A DNA stretch of 64,000 nucleotides from Clostridiales bacterium (GTDB lineage Bacteria > Bacillota > Clostridia > Christensenellales > UBA1242). The position numbers and the translations under genes are program-made. The stretch is taken from the NCBI GenBank assembly GCA_015055905.1, contig SVHI01000004.1, forward strand, positions 13,405 to 77,404, given 5' to 3'. Below, one piece after another: positions 35,756-46,628 of this stretch. Numbering within the stretch: position 1 is the stretch's first letter; each line of letters begins with the position of its first letter. A model generated the notes under the pieces. It saw only the letters and a program-made list of their open reading frames with translations. It was not told where the DNA came from and ran no database searches.

Positions 35756-37951
35756 ATGATTACACCTGAAGAAATCGAAGTTGAAAAACAATACCTAAAA
35801 AACGTATGCAATATTTTAAGAGAAGAAATTGACGGCTACGAAAAGAAACTCAAAACACTTTCAAGTAACATTCAAGAAGAAATGACCTATGCTTGGGATA
35901 AAACAAACAGGCTTTCTGACCTTGAATTCTTTTATGCTCTTGCAAATATCCAAAAGAGAAGTGTTTATGCAGAGAATGCAAACAAGAAAATCAAGAGTTA
36001 CAAAAAGATGCTCAACAATGCTTATTTTGCAAGAATTGACTTTGACGATGGCGATGAGGTTTTGCCAATCTATATTGGGATTGCATCTTTGCAACAAGGC
36101 GATGACTTTTTTGTTTATGACTGGAGAGCCCCAATCGCAAGTATGTTCTATAACTGCGAAGTAGGAAACGCAAGTTATACAATTTCAACTGGCGACAAAA
36201 TCACTGGAAAGATTACTCTCAAAAGACAATACAAAATCTCAAATGGTGAACTTGTTGAAGTGTTTGACACCGATATGCAAATTATTGACAGCATTTTAAA
36301 ACAAATGCTCTCAGCAAATGCATCAAGCAAAATGAAAAATATTGTTAACACAATTCAAAAAGAACAAAACGAAATCATTAGAAAAAACAATATTGACATT
36401 TTGATTGTTCAAGGTCCTGCAGGTTCAGGAAAAACCAGCATTGCTATGCACAAGATTGCATATCTTTTATACACTGAACGCGACAAAATCAACAATTCAA
36501 ACGTTATGATTCTTTCGCCAAACGAAATCTTCAACAACTATATTTCTGACGTTTTGCCTGATATTGGTGAAGACAACGTTGTTCAAGCAACATATTATGA
36601 ATTTGCAAAAGCATACATCAATGAATTTGACATTTCTTCAAAGATTGAAGATGCTTATGAAATTGTTTATGGCGCAAAAACAGAGCAGTCATCAAAAAAA
36701 TATAACGAACTTAAATTTAAGTTTGATAAACTCTATATTTCAATTTTGAACTCATATATCGAAAAGAACAAAATGTCTCTATGGGGAATTGAGCCAATCG
36801 AAATCAACGACCAGATTGTTATGGACCTTGATGAAATGGAAAAGATTGCAAACTCGGTTGGTGATTCTGGCGAAAGTTTGTATATGAGAGGAAAAAAGGT
36901 GGTTGAAAAGATTTATCTTGCTGCAAGCCTTAAAACCCAAAAACACTTAACTCTTGAAAAACTCAAGGGTCAAGCAATGGAAAACCTCACAAAAATTAAA
37001 ACAAAAATCTCAGGGCTTTACACTGACCTTTATAGCAACAAAGAAGAATTTATTTCACTTTGCAATGCTGTTTACAAAAAGCATAATCGCCAAAGCGAAC
37101 TTGAAAGCATTGACCTTGATTATATCTTTGATGAGACTCACAAAAACCTTGAAGATGGTCATCTTGAATTCCAAGATGTCACTCCATATATGTTCTTAAA
37201 ATCAAAAATTATCGGCATTAGTGCGAACAAAAACATCAAATATGTTTTGATTGATGAGGCACAAGACTATTCTGAAGCACAATACAAAATTATCTCAATG
37301 CTATTTAAGAACGCAAATATCACACTTCTTGGTGACATCAACCAATGTATCTTGCCATTCAATAAAACCGATAATTATGACGGCATTTTGAAAATTTTAA
37401 AAAAACAAAAACAAAACGCTCTCAGCGACTATAACGAACTTTCAAAAACTTATAGGTCAACTTATGAAATCAATGAGTTTGCAAAGAAGGTTCTTCCTAA
37501 CAAAATCAATTATTCACAAATTGATAGACACGGCGACCCAGTTGAAGTTAAAAAGTTTGACTCAAATGAGCCAAAAACCATCATTGAAGAGGCTGTAAGA
37601 TTAAAAAATTCTTACAACACCGTTGCAATCATTTGCAAAAACCTCGAAGAAACATTATTATATAAGTGTATAGTGGCTTCTAGTGAATATAATGGAAAGT
37701 TTAGGGTAGTTGACAAGAACGACAATGTTTTTGTTGGCGACAAAATTATGATTATTCCATCATATCTTTCAAAGGGTCTTGAGTTTGACGCTGTTATTGT
37801 TAGCAACGCATCAAGCGAAAACTACACTGAAGATGAACAAAACCTTTTGTATGTTGTTTTAACTAGAGCACTTCATAAACTAGAAGTTTATTACTCTGGA
37901 AATTTAACAAGACTAATTTCAGGAGAAAATGATGAGAGGAAATCAAAATAA
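35756..37951 (+). CDS. helD: HelD-type UvrD-family helicase IV (RNA polymerase recycling ATPase)
   Basis: N-terminal coiled-coil/arm region, then VQGPAGSGKTSIAMHKIAYL, VLIDEAQDY and a C-terminal LLYVVLTRALHKL motif. Confidence 0.8.
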   Translation: MITPEEIEVEKQYLKNVCNILREEIDGYEKKLKTLSSNIQEEMTYAWDKTNRLSDLEFFYALANIQKRSVYAENANKKIKSYKKMLNNAYFARIDFDDGDEVLPIYIGIASLQQGDDFFVYDWRAPIASMFYNCEVGNASYTISTGDKITGKITLKRQYKISNGELVEVFDTDMQIIDSILKQMLSANASSKMKNIVNTIQKEQNEIIRKNNIDILIVQGPAGSGKTSIAMHKIAYLLYTERDKINNSNVMILSPNEIFNNYISDVLPDIGEDNVVQATYYEFAKAYINEFDISSKIEDAYEIVYGAKTEQSSKKYNELKFKFDKLYISILNSYIEKNKMSLWGIEPIEINDQIVMDLDEMEKIANSVGDSGESLYMRGKKVVEKIYLAASLKTQKHLTLEKLKGQAMENLTKIKTKISGLYTDLYSNKEEFISLCNAVYKKHNRQSELESIDLDYIFDETHKNLEDGHLEFQDVTPYMFLKSKIIGISANKNIKYVLIDEAQDYSEAQYKIISMLFKNANITLLGDINQCILPFNKTDNYDGILKILKKQKQNALSDYNELSKTYRSTYEINEFAKKVLPNKINYSQIDRHGDPVEVKKFDSNEPKTIIEEAVRLKNSYNTVAIICKNLEETLLYKCIVASSEYNGKFRVVDKNDNVFVGDKIMIIPSYLSKGLEFDAVIVSNASSENYTEDEQNLLYVVLTRALHKLEVYYSGNLTRLISGENDERKSK

Positions 37952-38903
37952 CAAAATTAGCCTTTATCAAAACTACCAGCGCAACCTCATTAAAGCAACT
38001 GTTGCCACAAACGTCGGTATCAACTCAACTGAGAAGGTTATCAAAGTTTATGGCGCAAGTGCAAACAGGGTTGAACTTTTAACGAGACTTAGAAAATATT
38101 CTAGATTTACCCTTATTTGGTATTTAACATTCTTCTTTTTGGGTTTCGTGTGTTTATTCCTTGACCCAGCAGGTTGGGTGTATGTTTTAGACCTTTATGT
38201 TGTTATGTTCAACATCGACCTTGTTGCTAGAGGCAAACTTTCAGGTATCTATGTTGGTATTGCGGAATGTTTCTTGTATGCGTTTATTTGTATGCAAAGC
38301 GCACTTTACGGTGAAGTTATCAAAGTTCTTGCAATCTGCGCACCACTTAATATTGTTTCAATCATCAAGTGGAAAATTTCAGCAAAAAAACAAAAACAAG
38401 ACAAGTTTGCTAAAAACGACGACATCATTGTTAACAAACTCTCTAAAAAAGAAATCGTTAAGTTCCTTGGAATTGGTGCAGTCGTTGCAGTTGGCTGTTA
38501 CTGTTTGCTTAGATTCGTTATCGGTCAAACAACCGCTCTCGAACTTGCTGCAATCTCATTAACACTTTCAATTATCGGCAAAATATTCACCGCTAGAATG
38601 AATATGGAAGCGTGGATTTTGTGTATCACAAACGACATTATTTGTTTGTTTATGTGGCTTCAAACAATCTTTATTACTGGCTTTGACCTTTCACAAGTTT
38701 CAATGATTGTTTATTATTTGGCTTGCTTCACAAATGACACTTACGCATTCTCACTCTGGAAGAGTATGTATAGAAAAATTGCTGTTAACGGCGGAAAAAT
38801 TCTTGCAATTAGAAAAGTTAACATCAAAAGAATTATCAAACTTCGCAGACAATTCCATAACCTTAAATGGAACAGGGAAGTTGATACAGCGAAAAATAGT
38901 TAA
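37929..38903 (+). CDS. Polytopic membrane protein, possibly a PnuC-family nicotinamide riboside transporter
   Basis: About 7 hydrophobic helices. W/N-containing strings (EAWILCITNDIICLFMW) are reminiscent of PnuC. It overlaps the helD end by 23 nt. Confidence 0.4.
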   Translation: MMRGNQNNKISLYQNYQRNLIKATVATNVGINSTEKVIKVYGASANRVELLTRLRKYSRFTLIWYLTFFFLGFVCLFLDPAGWVYVLDLYVVMFNIDLVARGKLSGIYVGIAECFLYAFICMQSALYGEVIKVLAICAPLNIVSIIKWKISAKKQKQDKFAKNDDIIVNKLSKKEIVKFLGIGAVVAVGCYCLLRFVIGQTTALELAAISLTLSIIGKIFTARMNMEAWILCITNDIICLFMWLQTIFITGFDLSQVSMIVYYLACFTNDTYAFSLWKSMYRKIAVNGGKILAIRKVNIKRIIKLRRQFHNLKWNREVDTAKNS

Positions 38904-38905
38904 TC

Positions 38906-38936
38906 AAAAAACCTCACTTCGTTTAGTGAGGTTTTT
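38906..38936 (+). terminator. Rho-independent terminator
   Basis: AACCTCAC-ttcgttta-GTGAGGTT followed by T-rich sequence. Confidence 0.7.
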
Positions 38937-38942
38937 ATTTAT

Positions 38943-38975
38943 AAAAAAAATTCACCAAGCGGTGAATTTTATTTT
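38943..38975. terminator. Bidirectional hairpin terminator between convergent genes
   Basis: AAAATTCACC-aagc-GGTGAATTTT, flanked by an A-run and a T-run. Confidence 0.7.
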
Positions 38976-39727
38976 TCTTGTTTTTCTGGTTTTGAAAGCA
39001 CTTCTGGTGTGTAACTATCAAAAATGATATTATCACAGAAACCTTTAAGTCTTCTTTCTTCGCCTTCATTTTTAATTGTAAATGCAAGAACAGGAATAAC
39101 GCCATAATACTTTTTAAGATATTTGTTTGGCATATCTTGGCTATTGTAAATAACAAAGTTTGGCTCACTGATTTTCTTGTTCAAAAGCATTCTCTTAAGC
39201 GCATATCTCTTTACACCAGTGATTTTATCATCTCTAAAGAAACTTGAAAGTTGTCCTCTTTTTACCTTTGGAGCATTTTCTTTAAACCATTCAAGAGAGT
39301 ATGGGTTAAATGAAATAATTGCATATTCTCCGCGATATTTTACAAGTTCTTTCCAAACAGCTTTTTCAAACTGACCAACTTTTCCATAGTTTTTAATTTC
39401 AATAAGAACTGGAACTTTTCCGTCAATAACTTCAAGTGCTTCAGCAAAGGTTGGAATTTTTTCTTTTGTTCCTTGAAGACGATAATCTGCAATGTCTGCA
39501 AGGGTGCAGTTTGAAATGAAGCCGTCTTGACCTGTCATTCTTGCAAGTTTTTCATCGTGGAACACAACTGGTGTTCCGTCTGCCAAAAATGATACATCAA
39601 GTTCGATAGGGAGTTTATTTTTAATTGCTTGCTTGAAAGCAGCGAGTGAATTTTCTGGGATATTCTCGCCAAAAAGTCCACGATGTGCGATTGGTGATTT
39701 CACAATCCAAGTTTCATATATACTCAT
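38969..39727 (-). CDS. Glycerophosphodiester phosphodiesterase family protein
   Basis: IAHRGL...PENSLAAFKQAI...IELDV...DGTPVVFHDEKLARMTG matches the GDPD catalytic N-terminal pattern. Confidence 0.85.
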   Translation of the reverse strand: MSIYETWIVKSPIAHRGLFGENIPENSLAAFKQAIKNKLPIELDVSFLADGTPVVFHDEKLARMTGQDGFISNCTLADIADYRLQGTKEKIPTFAEALEVIDGKVPVLIEIKNYGKVGQFEKAVWKELVKYRGEYAIISFNPYSLEWFKENAPKVKRGQLSSFFRDDKITGVKRYALKRMLLNKKISEPNFVIYNSQDMPNKYLKKYYGVIPVLAFTIKNEGEERRLKGFCDNIIFDSYTPEVLSKPEKQEK

Positions 39728-39907
39728 AATTTCTCCAAAATAAACATTAATACATCTAAAATTATACTATCAATTTTTTATCTTGTCAATATTTTAATGA
39801 TGCATCAAAAATAACCAAATGTTTCGTTTTATATAATAATATTTCATTTAATGATTGATTTTATATAAGTTTTCGTTTAAAATATTAACGTGAGGTAGAA
39901 TGCAAAA

Positions 39908-41704
39908 ATGGAAACCAAACTAGAAAATGTTAGAAACTTCTCAATTATTGCTCACATTGACCACGGAAAGACAACTCTTGCCGACAGATTAATGGAGTTT
40001 ACTGGAACAGTTGCAAAGCGTGATAGCAAAGAACAGCTTCTCGACTCAATGGATATTGAAAGGGAACGCGGCATCACAATTAAACTTACTCCAGTTACAA
40101 TGAAGTATAACAAAGATGGAAAAGAATATACCCTAAACCTTATTGACACACCTGGACACGTTGACTTTACTTATGAGGTTTCAAGGTCTCTTGCAGCGTG
40201 CGAGGGAGCTCTTTTGATTGTTGACTCAACTCAAGGTGTTCAAGCCCAAACACTTGCTAACTTTTATCTTGCATTCGAAAACGACCTTGAGGTGTTGCCA
40301 GTTTTAAATAAAATTGACTTGCCATCAGCAAGACCTGACGAAATCAAGAAAGAAATTGAAGATATCATTGGAATTCCTGCAGATGAAGCACCTTGCATTT
40401 CTGCAAAAACTGGTCTCAATATCAAAGATGTTCTTGACCAAATTGTTGACCAAATTCCACCACCAAAAGGCGATAATGACGCACCACTCCAAGCACTTAT
40501 TTTTGATAGTTATTATGACAATTACAAAGGTGCTGTGTGTCTCGTTCGAATTATGAACGGAAAGGTTAAAACTGGTTCAAAAATCAAAATGATTCAAACT
40601 GGAAAAGAGTTTGAAGTTGTTGAAGTTGGTGTGTTTAAACCAAAGATTGAAAGAACTGAAGAACTCGTTGCTGGTGATGTTGGATATATTTCGGCATCAA
40701 TTAAAACAGTTTCGGATATCAAAGTCGGCGACACAATAACCGAACTTGAAAACCAAGCCCCAGCACTTCCAGGTTATAGAGATATTCAACCAGTTGTGTA
40801 TTCAGGTATTTTCCCAATAGACGGTGAAAAATATAACGCACTTAAAGACGCGTTTGAAAAAATTAAACTTTCTGACGCATCACTTAGTTTCACACCTGAA
40901 ACATCAAACGCTCTTGGTTATGGTTTTAGATGTGGATTTTTGGGGCTCTTGCACCTAGAAATCATCAGCGAAAGACTCGACCGCGAGTTTGGCTTAGATG
41001 TTATCACAACAATGCCAAGCGTAACATATAGAGTTTACTCAAAGAAAGGGGAAATGAAAGAAATTTCAAACCCTAGTGATATGCCAGCACCAGATTCAAT
41101 AGACTATATTGAAGAGCCATATATTAAGGCAAACATCTACTCACCACCACAATATGTTGGTGCGATTATGGACCTTTGTATTGGAAAACGTGGAATTTAT
41201 AAGGATATGCAATATCTTTCTGAATCTCGTGTTTCAATGAACTTTGAACTTCCACTTTGTGAAGTTGTTTATGACTTTTTTGATAAACTCAAATCTTCAA
41301 CTCACGGCTACGCAAGTTTTGACTATGAAATTTCAGGATATCAAAAAAGTGATATGGTTAAGGTTGATATGCTCTTAAACGGCGACCCTTGTGACGCACT
41401 TTCACTTATTGCTCACAAAACAAGAGCCTATGAACGCTCAAGAGCAATTACTGAAAAACTTAAAGAGGTTGTTCCAAGACAACTTTTCGAAATTCCTATC
41501 CAGGCTGCAATCGGCGGAAAAATCATCGCTAGAGAAACAGTTAAGGCTATGAGAAAAGACGTTATTGCAAAGTGTTACGGCGGTGACGTTACAAGAAAGC
41601 GTAAACTCCTCGAAAAGCAAAAAGAGGGTAAAAAGAAAATGAAAAAACTCGGCTCAGTTGAACTTCCAAGTGAAGCATTCTTGAGCATTTTGAAAATAGA
41701 CTAA
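39908..41704 (+). CDS. lepA: Translation elongation factor 4
   Basis: [26 protein letters not shown] and NKIDLP GTPase motifs, plus a LepA C-terminal region. 598 aa. Confidence 0.95.
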   Translation: METKLENVRNFSIIAHIDHGKTTLADRLMEFTGTVAKRDSKEQLLDSMDIERERGITIKLTPVTMKYNKDGKEYTLNLIDTPGHVDFTYEVSRSLAACEGALLIVDSTQGVQAQTLANFYLAFENDLEVLPVLNKIDLPSARPDEIKKEIEDIIGIPADEAPCISAKTGLNIKDVLDQIVDQIPPPKGDNDAPLQALIFDSYYDNYKGAVCLVRIMNGKVKTGSKIKMIQTGKEFEVVEVGVFKPKIERTEELVAGDVGYISASIKTVSDIKVGDTITELENQAPALPGYRDIQPVVYSGIFPIDGEKYNALKDAFEKIKLSDASLSFTPETSNALGYGFRCGFLGLLHLEIISERLDREFGLDVITTMPSVTYRVYSKKGEMKEISNPSDMPAPDSIDYIEEPYIKANIYSPPQYVGAIMDLCIGKRGIYKDMQYLSESRVSMNFELPLCEVVYDFFDKLKSSTHGYASFDYEISGYQKSDMVKVDMLLNGDPCDALSLIAHKTRAYERSRAITEKLKEVVPRQLFEIPIQAAIGGKIIARETVKAMRKDVIAKCYGGDVTRKRKLLEKQKEGKKKMKKLGSVELPSEAFLSILKID

Positions 41705-41717
41705 CAAAGGAGACATT

Positions 41718-42905
41718 ATGTCAATAAACGAAATCGGCGTTAATGTTGTTGAAAGTGGAAAAAATACTTTGAGCTTATATGTTCATATTCCTTTTTGCAA
41801 CTCAAAATGCAACTATTGTGCATTTATTTCAATGGTTGCAACAGAAGACGACAAAACAAGATATTTTAAATGTTTGTTAGAAGAAATTAAACTTCAATCA
41901 AAAAAATATAGAAAAGAATATACTGTTTCAAGCATTTATATTGGCGGAGGCACTCCATCTTGCTTAGACTATTATTATATTCGCGACCTCTTGTCACTTA
42001 TTTACAAAAACTTTGCCGTTAAAAACACCGCAGAAATCACAATCGAACTCAATCCAAACTCTGCTGACAAAACAAAGATTCGTGAATATATTCTCTCAGG
42101 TGTTAATAGGTTTAGTATTGGTCTTCAATCAACAAACCCAAAAATCTTAAAAATGATGGGCAGAACACATACTGTTAACGATTTTGTTAACACCGTAAGC
42201 GCCATTCGCGAGTATGGTATAAAGAATATCAGCGCAGATATTATCATTGGTTATCCAGGTCAAAAAATGATTGATATAAAAGATACTATTGCGTTCTTAA
42301 CCAAACTTGAAATTCCACATATTTCATCATATATGCTTCAGGTTGAAGACGGAACTCCACTCAAACTTATGGTTGAAAACGGTTCTCTTGACCCAGCAGA
42401 TGATGACACAGTAATTTCAATGTATAACTACATCTATGAAACACTTGCCAAAAACGGCTATGAAAGATATGAGTTTTCAAACTTTGCAAAACCAACATTT
42501 GAGTCTTTCCACAACAGTTCATATTGGTTTGGAAAAGATTATCTTGGTGTTGGACTTGCAGCACACTCTTATATGAATGGTGTTAGATTTTCAAACACAG
42601 AAAACATTATAAAATATGTTTCAAGCATCGAACAAAAACAAGAAATTCCTGTTGAAACTAGCAAAGAACTTACTATGGAAGAGAAAAAAGAAGAGTTCAT
42701 TATGCTTGCTCTTCGAACAAAAGATGGGATTGACCTTGCAAAATATAGAACAACTTTCAATGAAAACCTTGTTCTTGTTAAAAAGGACAAGATTGCAAAA
42801 CTTATTGTTGATGGATTCTTGATTTTAACTGAGAAAAACCACTTGGTTTGCACAAACAAAGGCTTTTTGGTTTTGAATAAAATCATTCTTGAAATTGTAT
42901 CATAA
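41718..42905 (+). CDS. hemW: Radical SAM heme chaperone HemW (HemN-like)
   Basis: The CNSKCNYCAF radical-SAM cluster motif is preceded by LYVHIPFC. It lies downstream of lepA, as in many Firmicutes. Confidence 0.85.
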   Translation: MSINEIGVNVVESGKNTLSLYVHIPFCNSKCNYCAFISMVATEDDKTRYFKCLLEEIKLQSKKYRKEYTVSSIYIGGGTPSCLDYYYIRDLLSLIYKNFAVKNTAEITIELNPNSADKTKIREYILSGVNRFSIGLQSTNPKILKMMGRTHTVNDFVNTVSAIREYGIKNISADIIIGYPGQKMIDIKDTIAFLTKLEIPHISSYMLQVEDGTPLKLMVENGSLDPADDDTVISMYNYIYETLAKNGYERYEFSNFAKPTFESFHNSSYWFGKDYLGVGLAAHSYMNGVRFSNTENIIKYVSSIEQKQEIPVETSKELTMEEKKEEFIMLALRTKDGIDLAKYRTTFNENLVLVKKDKIAKLIVDGFLILTEKNHLVCTNKGFLVLNKIILEIVS

Positions 42906-42924
42906 AATATATATATTTTTTAAC

Positions 42925-42957
42925 AAAAATGTCACAAACCAGTTGACATTTTTTTTT
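42925..42957 (+). terminator. Rho-independent terminator of hemW, overlapping the hrcA -35 element
   Basis: AAAAATGTCA-caaaccagt-TGACATTTTT followed by a T-run. Confidence 0.7.
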
Positions 42958-42971
42958 AGCAGTTATATCAT
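42943..42971 (+). promoter_or_regulatory. Sigma-A promoter of the hrcA-grpE-dnaK-dnaJ operon
   Basis: TTGACA (42943-42948), a 17-nt spacer, then TATCAT (42966-42971). Confidence 0.65.
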
Positions 42972-42979
42972 ATACACTG

Positions 42980-43006
42980 TTAGCACTCAAATTAAAAGAT
43001 TGCTAA
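42980..43006 (+). promoter_or_regulatory. CIRCE operator (HrcA binding site)
   Basis: TTAGCACTC-N9-GATTGCTAA against the consensus TTAGCACTC-N9-GAGTGCTAA, one mismatch. It lies immediately downstream of the predicted -10. Confidence 0.85.
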
Positions 43007-43058
43007 TTTTGAGAATAAAATCTTCAAAAAAGTATATAATTACTAAAGAGGGAAAATT

Positions 43059-44084
43059 GTGGATTTAAGCGATAGAAAAAAGAAAATCTTAAGCGCAGTT
43101 ATTGAAACAAACATCAAAAACAAAAACGCTGAAGCGGTTTCAAGCAAACAACTCCAAGAAGAGTATTTGCCAAAACTATCTTCAGCCACAATCCGCAACG
43201 AGCTCAACGCCTTGGAAGAAATGGGGTATTTAACACATCTTCACACTTCTTCTGGCCGTGTCCCAACAAAAGAGGGATATGAAAAATATATCAATGAGCT
43301 TATGCGTGAAAGAAGACTTTCTCCAAAAGAAAGAGATGTTATTCAATCAAACTTTGCACACAAACTCATAAACATTCGTGACATTATTGAGCGCAGCGCA
43401 AAAACAATCTCAAATGCAACAAACTATGCATCAGTTGTTTATTCAGGTCCATCACGAAACGCAATTATTGAAGACATTAAACTTTATCCTGTTAGCAAAA
43501 CAACACAGCTTATTGTTGTTGTTACTGACGAAAACATCATCAATGAACTTGCGTATCTTGGAACAAATAATGAAGAAGACCTCAAAGCCGCTGGCGATAT
43601 CTTGAAGGAATTGTTTATAGGAAAACCTTTATCTCTCATCAAAGACAGAGAGTTTAGAGATAAGGTTGTAACAAAAGAACTTAAAAAATACAAAGATGTG
43701 TTCGACAAAGTTCTTGATGCGATTATGGCAAGCAATCATATTGCCGACGACATCACAATCGCTGGAAAAGAAAAACTTATTGAGTATCCAGAATTCAATG
43801 ATGTTGAAAAACTTAAAAAGACAATCGCAACACTTGAGCAATCTGAAAACATTATTCCTATTCTTAAAAACGATGATGGTCTTGAACTTTCAATCAACAT
43901 CGGCGGTGACGACTCAGGCATTGAAGACTGCTCAGTTGTAACAGTATCTTGCAATGTTAAAGGCAAATCAAAAATCACAGCAGGCGTTATTGGACCAATG
44001 AGAATGGACTATCCAAAAGCAATTTCTGTTTTAAGAGAAGTTGCTGAAACCATTGAAAATGTGCTAAGCGATGAAGGAGAATAA
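43059..44084 (+). CDS. hrcA: Heat-inducible transcription repressor HrcA
   Basis: GTG start with an AGAGGGA RBS. N-terminal winged-helix string (SSATIRNELNALEEMGYLTHLHTSSGRVPT). Position upstream of grpE. Confidence 0.9.
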   Translation: MDLSDRKKKILSAVIETNIKNKNAEAVSSKQLQEEYLPKLSSATIRNELNALEEMGYLTHLHTSSGRVPTKEGYEKYINELMRERRLSPKERDVIQSNFAHKLINIRDIIERSAKTISNATNYASVVYSGPSRNAIIEDIKLYPVSKTTQLIVVVTDENIINELAYLGTNNEEDLKAAGDILKELFIGKPLSLIKDREFRDKVVTKELKKYKDVFDKVLDAIMASNHIADDITIAGKEKLIEYPEFNDVEKLKKTIATLEQSENIIPILKNDDGLELSINIGGDDSGIEDCSVVTVSCNVKGKSKITAGVIGPMRMDYPKAISVLREVAETIENVLSDEGE

Positions 44085-44085
44085 A

Positions 44086-44661
44086 ATGGAAGAAAAGAAA
44101 CAATGCAAAAAAGGCGAGTGTGAAAACAAAAACGAAAAAGGTTGCAAACAAAAAGAAATCGATTCACTTAAAGCCGAACTTGATGTAGCACTCAAAACTA
44201 TTGAAGAACAAAAATCTACAATAAACAATTACCTTGCAACTGCATCATATTATAAAAACGAACTTGACTCTCAAAAGAAAGATTTTGATAGATATAAAGA
44301 AAGAAACAAAAACTTTGAAAGAGAGGCTAGTCAAAAAGCAAACGAAGACTTTGCAAAAAAACTTATGCCCGTGCTAGACAACTTTGACCAAGCAATGGCA
44401 CATATTGAGCCAGAAGTTATGAAGGGTTTTGCAATGATTTATTCATCACTTTTAAATGTTTTAACCGACATTGGAATTGTTGAAATTCAAGCAAAAGGAC
44501 TTGACCTTAACCCAGAACTTCACAACTGCATTTCAACAGAAGAAGCAACCGATGAGGCTCTTGATGGAGTTGTTGCAACAGTTTATCAAAAAGGATATAT
44601 GTTTGCTGAGACGGGAAAAGTTGTCCGTCCATCAACTGTTAGCGTTTACAAGATTAACTAA
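44086..44661 (+). CDS. grpE: Nucleotide exchange factor GrpE
   Basis: AAGGAG RBS before ATG 44086 (the track starts 15 nt earlier, inside hrcA). Strings RYKERNKNFERE, LDNFDQA and GKVVRPSTV. Confidence 0.9.
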   Translation: MEEKKQCKKGECENKNEKGCKQKEIDSLKAELDVALKTIEEQKSTINNYLATASYYKNELDSQKKDFDRYKERNKNFEREASQKANEDFAKKLMPVLDNFDQAMAHIEPEVMKGFAMIYSSLLNVLTDIGIVEIQAKGLDLNPELHNCISTEEATDEALDGVVATVYQKGYMFAETGKVVRPSTVSVYKIN

Positions 44662-44730
44662 TCAAAAAACGCAAAATCAATTCAAAAAAATAATAAAAAC
44701 TATATATTTTTAATCAAAAAGGAGACAATT

Positions 44731-46563
44731 ATGGGAAAAATTATTGGTATTGACCTTGGAACTACAAACTCTTGTGTTGCCATTATGGAAGGCGGCGAAG
44801 CAACGGTTATTACAAACACAGAAGGAAGCAGAACAACACCATCTGTTGTAGGCTTCACAAAAGAAGGAGAACGTCTTGTTGGTCAAGTTGCAAAGCGTCA
44901 AGCAGTTGCAAATCCTGACAACACAATCCGTTCAATCAAATCAAAAATGGGTGAGAACACAACAGTTAACGCTGGTGGAAAATCTTACACACCACCTGAA
45001 ATTTCTGCTATGATTCTTTCAAAACTTAAAGCAGACGCTGAAAAATATCTTGGCGAAAGTGTAACCGAAGCAGTTATCACTGTTCCTGCATACTTCAACG
45101 ACTCACAACGTCAAGCAACAAAAGACGCTGGTAAAATCGCTGGTCTTGATGTTAAGAGAATCATCAACGAGCCAACAGCTGCAGCTCTTTCTTACGGACT
45201 TGATAAAGTTCAAGACCAAGACGGTCAAAAGATTCTTGTTTATGACCTTGGCGGTGGAACATTCGATATTTCAGTTCTTGAAATCGCTGACGGCGTATTC
45301 CAAGTTCTTGCTACTGGTGGTAACACACATCTTGGTGGCGACAACTTCGATGACTGCATCATTAACTACTTAGTTGACGAGTTCAAGAAAAGCGACGGCA
45401 TTGACCTTTCTAAAGACAAGATGGCTATGCAAAGACTTAAAGAAGCTGCTGAAAAAACAAAAATTGAACTCTCATCACTCACACAAAGTTCAGTTTCACT
45501 TCCATTCATCTCAGCTGATGCAACTGGTCCAAAACACTTAGAAATCAACATCACACGTGCAAAATTTGAAAGTATGATTGAATCAATGATTAACGAAACA
45601 ATCGACCTCACTAAAAAAGCACTTGCTGATGCAAAACTCACAGTTAATGACGTTGCAAAAATCATTATGGTAGGTGGTTCAACACGTATCCCTATGGTTC
45701 TTGACAAAGTTGAAAAATATATCGGCAAAAAACCATTCACTGGCATCAATCCAGACGAATGCGTAGCAATGGGTGCTGCAATTCAAGGCGGCGTGCTCGC
45801 TGGTGACGTTAAAGACGTTCTTCTTCTTGACGTAACACCACTTTCACTCGGTATTGAAACAATGGGTGGTGTATTCACAAAACTTATCGAAAAGAACACA
45901 ACAATCCCAACAACAAAAACTCAAGTATTCTCAACTGCTGCTGACAACCAACCAGGCGTTGATATTCACGTATTGCAAGGTGAAAGAGAATTTGCCGCTG
46001 ATAACAAAACACTCGGCAGATTTGAACTTACTGGTATTCCACCAGCACCACGTGGCGTTCCACAAATCGAAGTTAAATTTGACATCGACGCAAACGGTAT
46101 TGTTAAAGTTTCAGCAAAAGACCTTGGAACTGGAAAAGAACAAGACATCACAATCACAGCATCTTCAAACCTTTCAGACGCAGATATCGACAAAGCTATC
46201 AAAGAAGCTGAACAATATGCTGAAGAAGATAAGAAGAGAAAAGAAGTTGTTGATAATAAAAACAGTCTTGACCAACTTATCGCAGGAATTGAAAAAGTTC
46301 TTAGAGAAAGTGGAGACAAGATTTCAGAAGATGACAAGAAAACTCTTGACGAAGCAGTTAACAAAGCAAAAGAAACATACAAAACCGCTGAAGATGCTGC
46401 AACACTCAAAACAGCTATCGACGAACTCACAAAAGTTTCAAACGACATCTTCACAAAGTTGTATCAAAATGCTAATCCAAACGGAGCAGCAGGTGCTGAC
46501 CAAGCAGGAGACAACACAAACAACACAGACCCAAACAACTTTAATGATTTCACAACAAAATAA
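44731..46563 (+). CDS. dnaK: Molecular chaperone DnaK (Hsp70)
   Basis: [21 protein letters not shown] and [11 protein letters not shown]-type motifs. 610 aa. Confidence 0.97.
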   Translation: MGKIIGIDLGTTNSCVAIMEGGEATVITNTEGSRTTPSVVGFTKEGERLVGQVAKRQAVANPDNTIRSIKSKMGENTTVNAGGKSYTPPEISAMILSKLKADAEKYLGESVTEAVITVPAYFNDSQRQATKDAGKIAGLDVKRIINEPTAAALSYGLDKVQDQDGQKILVYDLGGGTFDISVLEIADGVFQVLATGGNTHLGGDNFDDCIINYLVDEFKKSDGIDLSKDKMAMQRLKEAAEKTKIELSSLTQSSVSLPFISADATGPKHLEINITRAKFESMIESMINETIDLTKKALADAKLTVNDVAKIIMVGGSTRIPMVLDKVEKYIGKKPFTGINPDECVAMGAAIQGGVLAGDVKDVLLLDVTPLSLGIETMGGVFTKLIEKNTTIPTTKTQVFSTAADNQPGVDIHVLQGEREFAADNKTLGRFELTGIPPAPRGVPQIEVKFDIDANGIVKVSAKDLGTGKEQDITITASSNLSDADIDKAIKEAEQYAEEDKKRKEVVDNKNSLDQLIAGIEKVLRESGDKISEDDKKTLDEAVNKAKETYKTAEDAATLKTAIDELTKVSNDIFTKLYQNANPNGAAGADQAGDNTNNTDPNNFNDFTTK

Positions 46564-46628
46564 ATATAACCAATTAACAGACAGTTCGATTTTCGGGCTG
46601 TCTGCATAATTGTTTTAAGGAAAATATA

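Noticed and set aside
45854-46609. A 251-aa plus-strand ORF with Lys/Gln/Thr-rich translation
   Set aside because: It lies entirely within the C-terminal half of dnaK in another frame. dnaK is unambiguous, so this is an alternative-frame artefact.
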